Shown here piece after piece: positions 44,902-53,232 of a stretch of 64,000 nt of DNA. The stretch's first letter is position 1. Each line of letters opens with the position of its first letter. The position numbers were made by a program, and so were the translations under genes. The notes beneath the pieces are model-generated. The model worked only from the letters and a program-made list of their open reading frames with translations. It was not told the DNA's origin and ran no database searches. Source of the DNA: an uncultured Alphaproteobacteria bacterium (GTDB lineage: Bacteria > Pseudomonadota > Alphaproteobacteria > HIMB59 > GCA-002718135); NCBI GenBank assembly GCA_902571865.1, contig CACGDO010000005.1:1486-65485 (forward strand). The letters are read 5' to 3'.

Positions 44902-45864
44902 TTGATTACACTTCAACAAATACAAGATGCACATAAGAAAATTTTACCTTATGTTAATTATACACCATTAATTAATTCTAATTTCTTATCAAAAAATACT
45001 ACAGTAAAACTAAAGTTAGAAAATTTTCAAATCACTGGTTCATTTAAGTTAAGAGGCGCTGTTAATAAACTTCTTTCTTTAAGTGAAGATGACAAAAACA
45101 AAGGAGTCATTGCAGTTTCTACAGGGAATCACGGCAAAGGCGTTGCTTATGCTTCAAAAGTATTGGGCATTCAATCAACAATATATATGTCTTCAATGGT
45201 TCCAGAATATAGAAAAGAGGCTATTCAAAAATTAGGGGCTAAAGTAGAAATTATTGGAAAGAATAGTGATGAAGCTGATTTGTATGCTAAACAAATTGCG
45301 AAAGAAAAAAATATCCCACTAATTCATCCTTTTGATGATGAAGATATTATAATAGGGCAAGGTACAGTTGGACTTGAAATGCTTACTGAATTTCCCGAAG
45401 TTGATACAGTAATTATACCAACATCTGGTGGCGGTCTTATATCTGGAATTGCTCAGGCTATTAAACTTCAAAAACCTAACACAAAAATTATTGCCGTATC
45501 TATGGAAAGAGGCCCCTCAATGTATGAAAGTCTAAAAGAAGGTAAGCCTGTTGATGTAGAGGAAACTGAAACTTTAGCTGATTGTTTAGGGGGTAGTATT
45601 GGTTTAGATAATAAATTTACATTTAATATTGTACAAAAATACGTTGATGACTTTGTTTTAGTAAGTGAAGAAAAAATAGCTGAGGGAATTAGAATAAACT
45701 TTTTAGAACATAAAATTGTATCTGAAGGTGCTGCAGCAACAAGTGTTATGGTTGTTAAAGAAAAATTAACATCGCACTTAGGAAAAAATATAATTTGTTT
45801 AATTTGTGGTGGAAATATTGACTCGGAACTATTTAATAAAGTTTTAAGCCATGCTCATCCTTAA
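44902..45864 (+). CDS. eutB: EutB-like PLP-dependent dehydratase (Ser/Thr dehydratase family)
   Basis: TTG start; TGSFKLRGA, STGNHG, GGGL, and the EutB-type LGGSIGLDN segment. Confidence 0.8.
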   Translation: MITLQQIQDAHKKILPYVNYTPLINSNFLSKNTTVKLKLENFQITGSFKLRGAVNKLLSLSEDDKNKGVIAVSTGNHGKGVAYASKVLGIQSTIYMSSMVPEYRKEAIQKLGAKVEIIGKNSDEADLYAKQIAKEKNIPLIHPFDDEDIIIGQGTVGLEMLTEFPEVDTVIIPTSGGGLISGIAQAIKLQKPNTKIIAVSMERGPSMYESLKEGKPVDVEETETLADCLGGSIGLDNKFTFNIVQKYVDDFVLVSEEKIAEGIRINFLEHKIVSEGAAATSVMVVKEKLTSHLGKNIICLICGGNIDSELFNKVLSHAHP

Positions 45865-46825
45865 TAAAAATGATATTATTCAACATGTAAATTTGAATAA
45901 AAATCTCATACCAATAATAGAGGAGGCTTTCATAAGTTTATCAAAGGGATTGGTAATGATGCCACCTATAATGAGAATTGATATTGAAAAATATCATGGT
46001 GAATCAGATGTTAAAGCTGCATACATTGAGGGTTTTGACAGTTTTGCAATAAAAATCGCTTCAGGTTTTTTTGATAATCCAAAACTTGGTTTGCCATCTA
46101 GTAATGGACTGATGGTTTTATTAGATTCAAAGACTGGAGTTGTAAAATCTGTTTTATTGGATGAAGGTTATCTTACAGATACTAGAACAGCTATAGCAGG
46201 AGCAATAGCTACAAAATATTTATCAAATCAAAATGCTAATTCTGTTGGTATTATCGGAGCTGGAATTCAAGCCAAATTACAACTTCAAGCAATAATGTTA
46301 GTTAGAAAAATAAAAAAAATAACAGTCTGGACAAGAGATGAGACAAAAGCAAACCAATTTATCGAAGGTTTTAAAGATTTAGATTTAGATTTGCATGTAG
46401 CTTCTTCTTGCAAGGAGTTGGCAAGCTTATCAGAAATAATCGTTACAACAACTCCTAGTAAAAAACCGCTTTTGCAATTTGATTGGATAATTAAAGGAAC
46501 TCACATAACAGCAATGGGATCAGATGCAGAACAAAAAAACGAATTAGATCCTCAGTTGTTAAAACATTGCGATCAATATGTACCTGACAATCAATTACAA
46601 ACAAGTGTTTTGGGTGAATTACATCATGCTTTAAAACAAAATATAATTTCTTCTAAAGAAAAATTTAATGAACTTGGCGATATTATTAACGATCCAAGCT
46701 TAGGAAGAAAAAATAAAGAAGATATAACAATATGTGATTTGACAGGAACTGGCGTACAAGATACTGCAATAGCAAGATTTGCTTATAATCTTTGTAAAAC
46801 AAATAATTTAGGCATCAATATTTAA
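45851..46825 (+). CDS. eutC: EutC-like ornithine cyclodeaminase/mu-crystallin family protein
   Basis: MPPIMRIDI..GESDVKAAY, GFFDNPKLGLPS.NG, GYLTDTRTA, DLTGTGVQD. Confidence 0.82.
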   Translation: MLILNKNDIIQHVNLNKNLIPIIEEAFISLSKGLVMMPPIMRIDIEKYHGESDVKAAYIEGFDSFAIKIASGFFDNPKLGLPSSNGLMVLLDSKTGVVKSVLLDEGYLTDTRTAIAGAIATKYLSNQNANSVGIIGAGIQAKLQLQAIMLVRKIKKITVWTRDETKANQFIEGFKDLDLDLHVASSCKELASLSEIIVTTTPSKKPLLQFDWIIKGTHITAMGSDAEQKNELDPQLLKHCDQYVPDNQLQTSVLGELHHALKQNIISSKEKFNELGDIINDPSLGRKNKEDITICDLTGTGVQDTAIARFAYNLCKTNNLGINI

Positions 46826-46828
46826 TTT

Positions 46829-48271
46829 ATGAGTCAAGCAATAATAAAAAAAACGTCTGATTACTTCAAATCAAAAGGAGTTGTCTTGCCAAGTATTAGT
46901 GAACTTCAAGACCCTCAAATTATTAATGATGATATTAAAAATTCTCTAAAAAAAATAAATAATAATGATATCAATCCTCTTAACCTCTTTAGAGTTCATT
47001 GGTTTAATAAAAGAGATCAATCAGGTTTTGGAAATGAGCCTGAATATATTGTGCTTCCAACAGAATTTACAGGTGTTAAGGCAAAGATAATTGTAAATAT
47101 GGGACGATATTTTCCCTTAATAACAGCTCATAAAGTTTTGGCAGCTTATGGTTGTTTGCTTCCAAGAATATTGAATGGTACTTTTGATTATGAAAAACAT
47201 AAAGCAGTTTGGCCTTCAACAGGAAATTATTGCCGGGGTGGAGTAGCAATATCTCGGATAATGGGTCTTAATAGTATTGCAATACTTCCTGAAGGAATGA
47301 GTAATGAGAGATTTGAATGGTTGAATAATTGGGTTGAAGATAAAAAAAATATCATAAAGACAAAAGGCACAGAAAGTAATGTTAAAGAAATTTACGATGC
47401 TTGTAATGAATTAAAAAAAGATAATCAAAATGATATCATAAATCAATTTGATGAGTATTATAACTATGGCATTCATCGTTCCGTAACCGGTCCATCTTTT
47501 GAAAAATCATTTCTTAAAGTTAAAGGTAACAGTAATTTAACTCCTAGGTTTTACGTAAGTGCTTCAGGATCAAGTGGTACTCTAGCAGCAGGAGATTATC
47601 TTAAAGATAAATTACAGACGAAGATTGCAGTTGTTGAAGCTTTGGAGTGCCCAACTTTGCTTCATGGCGGTTATGGTGAACATAATATACAAGGAATTGG
47701 TGACAAACATGTTCCCCTTATTCATAATGTAATGAATACAGATTTTGTCGTAGATGTCACTGATCAAGCTACCAATAATCTAAATATGATTTTTAATACT
47801 GAAATAGGAAAAAAGTTTTTAATTGAGAAAAAAAATTTTGAGCCTGATTTTGTTTCACGACTTCCTGAATTTGGCTTTTCAGCAATAGCAAATATATTGG
47901 CATCAATAAAACTAGCTAAATATATGGATTTAAATAGTGATGACGCAATTATAACGGTCGCTACAGATGGTGCAGATTTATACATGTCAGAATTAAATAA
48001 GACCATTGCTGATTTTAAAAATAATTATGATGAAATAGTTTGTGCTGAACTATTTGGAAAACACCTATCAGGAATATCTACTGATAATATGCTAGAACTT
48101 TCTTACCTGGACAAGAAAAGAATATTTAATTTAGGTTACTTTACTTGGGTAGAGCAACAAGGTGTAAGTCTTGAAGAATTTGAAAAAAGAAAAGATCAAA
48201 AATTTTGGAATTCACATTATGAATATATGCTTTCTCTAGACAATAAGATTAAAGAATTTAATAATATGTAG
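46829..48271 (+). CDS. Fold-type II PLP-dependent enzyme of unknown specificity (480 aa)
   Basis: AHKV (PLP Lys), WPSTGNY, SGSSGTL phosphate loop, HNIQGIG cysteine-synthase-like motif. Confidence 0.75.
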   Translation: MSQAIIKKTSDYFKSKGVVLPSISELQDPQIINDDIKNSLKKINNNDINPLNLFRVHWFNKRDQSGFGNEPEYIVLPTEFTGVKAKIIVNMGRYFPLITAHKVLAAYGCLLPRILNGTFDYEKHKAVWPSTGNYCRGGVAISRIMGLNSIAILPEGMSNERFEWLNNWVEDKKNIIKTKGTESNVKEIYDACNELKKDNQNDIINQFDEYYNYGIHRSVTGPSFEKSFLKVKGNSNLTPRFYVSASGSSGTLAAGDYLKDKLQTKIAVVEALECPTLLHGGYGEHNIQGIGDKHVPLIHNVMNTDFVVDVTDQATNNLNMIFNTEIGKKFLIEKKNFEPDFVSRLPEFGFSAIANILASIKLAKYMDLNSDDAIITVATDGADLYMSELNKTIADFKNNYDEIVCAELFGKHLSGISTDNMLELSYLDKKRIFNLGYFTWVEQQGVSLEEFEKRKDQKFWNSHYEYMLSLDNKIKEFNNM

Positions 48272-48274
48272 GTT

Positions 48275-49429
48275 ATGAAAACTCAGTCATTACATAACCA
48301 ATTAGTAGAATGGCGTCATGATCTTCATATGCACCCACAATTAAGTTTTGAAGAAGAGTATGCTGCAGCAAAAGTATCAACACTTCTAAAAGAATTTGGA
48401 ATAGAAGTTCATTCTGGTATTGCCAGAACTGGAGTAGTTGGAATTTTAAAAAAAGGAAATAGTTCAAATTCAATAGGTATAAGAGCTGACATGGATGCTC
48501 TTCCTATACATGAAACTAATAAGTTTAGTTATAAGTCCAAGTTTGATAACAGAATGCATGCATGTGGACATGATGGTCACACAACAATGTTATTAGGTGC
48601 AGCAAAATATTTATCAGAAAAAGGTAACTTTAACGGTACGGTATATTTTATTTTTCAACCTGATGAAGAGAATACATTTGGTGCAAGAACAATGATAGAT
48701 GAAGGATTGTTTGATAAATTTAACATTGATGAAGTTTACGCTATGCACAATATTCCTAACATGGAAATTGGAACATTTGGTACAAGAAATGGAGCTATTA
48801 CAGCCAGTGAAAATTTATTTGAAATTGAAATAAAAACTAAAGGTGGGCACGCTGCATTACCTCATATGGGGGTAGATGCAATAACTGTTGGTTCTCAAAT
48901 AGCTGTAGCACTTCAATCGATAGTGTCTAGGAAATTAAATCCAGCAGACAATGGTATAGTGTCTATTACTGAATTTATAACCGATGGTAAAAAAAATGTT
49001 CTGCCAGGTATGGTAAAAATGACTGGTGACGCGAGAGCTTTATCAAAAGAAACAAATGAAAAAATTGCTTCAAAAATGTTACAAATTGTCGAAGGGATTT
49101 GCAATGCACATGGTGTTAATGGTAGTGTTAAATATGAAACAGCCTGTCCTGTAACTTTTAATTCAAAAAATCAAACTGAGTCTGCAACAAAAGCTGCAGT
49201 TTCTTTACTTGGTAATGATAAATGTAATGGTAATATAGAACCTCGTTTATTCTCAGAAGATTTTTCTGTTATGGCAAATGAAAAACCTGGCTGCTTTGTT
49301 TTAATGGGTAACGGAACATCAGAGCAGCATTCCAGACCTTTACATGCTGATAATTATGATTTTAATGACGAATTATTAGTCATAGGTTCTTCATATTGGA
49401 CTGAATTGGTAGAACAACAATTAAAATAA
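48275..49429 (+). CDS. M20D-family amidohydrolase (hippurate hydrolase-like)
   Basis: IRADMDALP, MHACGHDGH, FQPDEE, GGHAA.PH, SEDF, LH. Confidence 0.9.
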   Translation: MKTQSLHNQLVEWRHDLHMHPQLSFEEEYAAAKVSTLLKEFGIEVHSGIARTGVVGILKKGNSSNSIGIRADMDALPIHETNKFSYKSKFDNRMHACGHDGHTTMLLGAAKYLSEKGNFNGTVYFIFQPDEENTFGARTMIDEGLFDKFNIDEVYAMHNIPNMEIGTFGTRNGAITASENLFEIEIKTKGGHAALPHMGVDAITVGSQIAVALQSIVSRKLNPADNGIVSITEFITDGKKNVLPGMVKMTGDARALSKETNEKIASKMLQIVEGICNAHGVNGSVKYETACPVTFNSKNQTESATKAAVSLLGNDKCNGNIEPRLFSEDFSVMANEKPGCFVLMGNGTSEQHSRPLHADNYDFNDELLVIGSSYWTELVEQQLK

Positions 49430-50587
49430 ATGTTTTCTGAAAACTTAAATAAACTAAAGAAAAAAATGTCTGAGAACAATATTGATCTCTCAATTATAAC
49501 TGATGATGACTCGATATATTATTTCACAGGATACCATGACTTCCTTCATATGGATTTTTATCGACCAACATTATTAGTTGTTTCAAATGATCATAAAACT
49601 TATTTAATTACACCTCTTCTTGATGTTTTATTAGTACCAGAATCTTGTCCTGTAGATATGGTTGAAACATGGAATGATGGTATTGGAAATGAATGGAGAG
49701 AATTATTACCTCAAATCATCAATCAGCATAAAAATATTTTTATTGAAAAATTTAAAATTAACCCAATGGTTAAGAGTTATTTAGACGAATTACTTAAAGA
49801 CCATCCTGGGGATTTAACCAAATTAATAGATAATATAAGAATGATTAAATCTAATCATGAATTGAATATAGCTCGTCATGCCGGCGAAGTTGGTATGGCT
49901 ATGATGGAGGCAGCAAAAAAAACAATTGGCCATAATGTTCCTGAGTATGAGGTTGCACTTGCACAATCACAAGCTGGAACAAGAAAAGCTGCAGATCTTT
50001 TAAAAGAATTTTATCCTGATAATATCAATATGTCTCCAAATATTCACTTTTTACCTGTTATGACATCGGGTCATGATTTACCTAAAACTCACCATCGTGC
50101 TTCAACCAAAATTATAAAAAAAGGTGATCCAGTATTCGTATGTTATTGTGGTTCTACAAATTTCCATAGGTTTAAATTAGGTTTTGACAGAATATTTTGG
50201 GTAGAAGAAATTCAATCCGATGAACAAATAAAAGCTTTTGAGACTGCAGTTAAATCTCAAAAAGCTGCTCTTGAAATTCTTGGCCCTGGAGTAACAGCTG
50301 AAGAAGTTCATGCTGCTTATGCAGATACTATACAGTCTGAGGGATACCCTTATCCTACATTTCGATGTGGAAGAGGTACAGGCTTTAGCTTTTTAGAGGA
50401 ACCACAATTAGTAGTTGGTAATAAAACAGTACTGGAGCCTGGAATGGTATTTGCCGTTGATGGCGGGGCAAGTGCAAATAATTTTAGATCACAAGTTGGT
50501 GATAGTTTTATTATAACAGAAGAAGGATACGAACAAATAACACATCATTCTAAAAATATTGATGATCTAATAATTCCACATGGATGA
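49430..50587 (+). CDS. M24 pita-bread-fold hydrolase, metal-independent (creatinase/ectoine-hydrolase-like)
   Basis: Creatinase-type N-domain (YFTGY), R.IKS..E linker, C-domain lacking the usual D/D/H/E/E metal ligands. Confidence 0.75.
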   Translation: MFSENLNKLKKKMSENNIDLSIITDDDSIYYFTGYHDFLHMDFYRPTLLVVSNDHKTYLITPLLDVLLVPESCPVDMVETWNDGIGNEWRELLPQIINQHKNIFIEKFKINPMVKSYLDELLKDHPGDLTKLIDNIRMIKSNHELNIARHAGEVGMAMMEAAKKTIGHNVPEYEVALAQSQAGTRKAADLLKEFYPDNINMSPNIHFLPVMTSGHDLPKTHHRASTKIIKKGDPVFVCYCGSTNFHRFKLGFDRIFWVEEIQSDEQIKAFETAVKSQKAALEILGPGVTAEEVHAAYADTIQSEGYPYPTFRCGRGTGFSFLEEPQLVVGNKTVLEPGMVFAVDGGASANNFRSQVGDSFIITEEGYEQITHHSKNIDDLIIPHG

Positions 50588-51605
50588 AATCACAGTATTT
50601 AACACACATTGCTGTGGTGAAATTGGGGATGTTGTAACTGGAATTAAAGGCTTGAATTTTAAATCACCTGAAGAAGCTTCTAAAAAACTTTTTTTAGATA
50701 AAAAATGGAGAAATTTTTTTCTAAATGAACCTCGAGGAGGGGTCTTTAAACATTGTAATATTATTTTAGAACCTTCAAATAAAAATGCAGATGCTGGATT
50801 TGTAATTATGGAACCAGAAGATAATCCTCCAATGAGTGGGTCAAATGCAATTTGTGTAACGACAGTCTTATTAGAAAAAAATATTGTTCAAATGAAATAT
50901 CCTAAAACCATGCTTACACTTGAAGCTCCAGGTGGTTTAATAAAAGTTGTTGCTGATTGTGAAAATAAGAAAGTTAAAAGTGTCACTTTAACTAATCTTG
51001 CCTGCTTTGCAGATAAAATAGATGTAGATTTAAAGACTAAAAATTATGGTACAATTAAAGTAAGTACTGCTTTTGGAGGTGACAGTTTTTTAATTTGTAA
51101 TGCTAGTGATTTTAATCTTAAAATTGAACCAAAGAATGCAAATAAATTTGTAAATGTTGCAAAAGAATTATTAAAAGAAGCAAACGCATCTATAGGATTT
51201 GAGCATCCTACTATTAATGGATTAGACTATCTTTCCTTTTGCCAATTTATTGAACCCTTAAAAAAAAATAATCAATCATTACTTACAGGATTAAATACAG
51301 TTGTTATACGACCTGGGAAACTTGATCGTTCACCTTGCGGCACAGGCACTTCAGCAAGATTAGCAGTAATGAAAGAAAAAAATGAAATACAAATAAATGA
51401 AGAATTTATATCAAAGTCTATTATAGGATCTTCATTTAACGCAAGTATTGAAAAGGAAATTAAAATTAATAACAAAAATTGTATTATTCCAAAAATAACA
51501 GGTAGTGCATTTATTACTGGAAAACAAAGTTTATATATCGATAAGGATGATCCTTTTCCAGAAGGTTATAGATTAAATGACACATGGCCAGATTCATTAA
51601 GTTAA
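50580..51605 (+). CDS. Proline racemase superfamily enzyme (Ser/Cys active-site pair)
   Basis: EPRGG, PMSGSNAIC, DRSPCGTGTSA, ITGSA. Confidence 0.88.
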   Translation: MDEITVFNTHCCGEIGDVVTGIKGLNFKSPEEASKKLFLDKKWRNFFLNEPRGGVFKHCNIILEPSNKNADAGFVIMEPEDNPPMSGSNAICVTTVLLEKNIVQMKYPKTMLTLEAPGGLIKVVADCENKKVKSVTLTNLACFADKIDVDLKTKNYGTIKVSTAFGGDSFLICNASDFNLKIEPKNANKFVNVAKELLKEANASIGFEHPTINGLDYLSFCQFIEPLKKNNQSLLTGLNTVVIRPGKLDRSPCGTGTSARLAVMKEKNEIQINEEFISKSIIGSSFNASIEKEIKINNKNCIIPKITGSAFITGKQSLYIDKDDPFPEGYRLNDTWPDSLS

Positions 51606-51681
51606 CTGTGATTAAATAACACTAGTATGGCGAGTTAATTTATTTTACTTTCATCAACTATTCTAATAATTAATAAAACAA

Positions 51682-52947
51682 ATGACAAAATTTAATGCCT
51701 GGAATGTAATTAAAAACGGTTTAAATGGTCAGTCTTATTGGACTAGACAATGGCGTGATCCAGAACCAAAAAGTAGTTATGACGTTGTAATAATTGGGGG
51801 AGGTTTGCACGGTCTTGCCACAGCATATTATTTAGCAAAGAATCATAATATAAAAAATGTAGCTGTCTTAGAAAAAGGCTGGATTGGTGGAGGAAACGCT
51901 GGACGTAATACCACTATTGTAAGATCAAATTATATGATGCCAGGCAACCACGAATTTTATGAACATTCTTTAAAGTTATGGGAAAATTTAAGTCACGAAT
52001 TAAATTATAATGTAATGTTTAGCCAACGAGCTCATGTCTCGTTATTTCATAGCCCTGGTGCTAAAGATTCAGTTTCACGGATTTATAATATTATGCGACT
52101 CCACGGAACTGATGCAGAACTTTGGGATTTAAAAACTTTAAAGAAAAAAATTCCGCATTTAAATTATCATAATTCTAGATTTCCAATACTTGGAGCTGCA
52201 GTTCAAAAAAGAGCAGGCAATGCAAGACACGATGCAGTTGCATGGGGTTATGCAAGGGCTGCAGATACATTAGGTGTAGACATTTTGCAAAATTGTGAAG
52301 TTACAGGTTTTACAAGAAAGAATGGAAATATTGAAAGTATTCAAACTTCAAGAGGAATTATAAAAGGAAAGAAAATAGGATTTGCTGTTGCAGGTAATAC
52401 TTCAGTATTATGGCAAATGGCAGAATTAGGCAACCTGCCAATTGAGTCTCATAAACTACAAGCATTTGTATCTGAGGCTGTTAAGCCACTCCTAGATCAG
52501 GTTGTTGTTTACGGTGTAGGTGGTGCACATTTCTATATATCGCAGTCAGACAAAGGAAGTATGGTGTTTGGTGGTGATCTTGACTGGTATAAATCATATG
52601 CTCAAAGAGGAAATCTTCCTATGGTTCAAGATGTTGCTGAAGCGGCCATGGCAATATTTCCTTCACTTGGGAGAATAAGATTACTTCGTCATTGGGCAGG
52701 TGTTATGGACATGACAATGGACGGATCATTTTTTATTTGTAAAACACCGATATCTAATCTCTATTTAAATGCTGGTTGGAACTATGGGGGTTTTAAAGCA
52801 AGTCCAGCATCAGGTTGGTATTTTGCCGACTTAATTGCAAATGAAAGCCCGCATAACTACGTGCAAAATCATAATTTAGAAAGATTTGAAAAAGGTATCA
52901 ATATAGATGAACGTGGTGCAGGACCTGATCCGAAATTGCACGGTTAA
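51682..52947 (+). CDS. soxB: Heterotetrameric sarcosine oxidase family beta subunit
   Basis: GGGLHG, GRNTTIVRSNY, ARHDAVAW, GWNYGGFKA. Confidence 0.9.
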   Translation: MTKFNAWNVIKNGLNGQSYWTRQWRDPEPKSSYDVVIIGGGLHGLATAYYLAKNHNIKNVAVLEKGWIGGGNAGRNTTIVRSNYMMPGNHEFYEHSLKLWENLSHELNYNVMFSQRAHVSLFHSPGAKDSVSRIYNIMRLHGTDAELWDLKTLKKKIPHLNYHNSRFPILGAAVQKRAGNARHDAVAWGYARAADTLGVDILQNCEVTGFTRKNGNIESIQTSRGIIKGKKIGFAVAGNTSVLWQMAELGNLPIESHKLQAFVSEAVKPLLDQVVVYGVGGAHFYISQSDKGSMVFGGDLDWYKSYAQRGNLPMVQDVAEAAMAIFPSLGRIRLLRHWAGVMDMTMDGSFFICKTPISNLYLNAGWNYGGFKASPASGWYFADLIANESPHNYVQNHNLERFEKGINIDERGAGPDPKLHG

Positions 52948-53232
52948 ATGATTAGAATTAATTGTCCTTATTGTGGTGAAAGAGATCATAGTGAATTTAG
53001 TTATGGAGGAGATGCAACAATCAATTATCCTTCGTTAGATGCATCAGAGAAAGAATGGACTGAAGCTATATTTTTCAGAAAAAATATAAAAGGTTTTCAA
53101 TTTGAAACATGGCATCATTCTAATGGATGTAGAATGTGGTTGGTAGTTGAACGTTCTACTGTCACTCATGAAATAAAAAGTGTCAAACCATCCCATCCGG
53201 ATTTACAGAAGATTGTAGAAAATAATAAATGA
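52948..53232 (+). CDS. soxD: Sarcosine oxidase family delta subunit
   Basis: CPYCG.R...EF.YGG, WHHSNGC zinc ligands. Confidence 0.92.
   Translation: MIRINCPYCGERDHSEFSYGGDATINYPSLDASEKEWTEAIFFRKNIKGFQFETWHHSNGCRMWLVVERSTVTHEIKSVKPSHPDLQKIVENNK

Noticed and set aside
51606-51681. Glycine or SAM-V riboswitch upstream of soxB
   Set aside because: The 76-nt AT-rich gap has no GGAGA/GAAG glycine-aptamer motifs or convincing pseudoknot.
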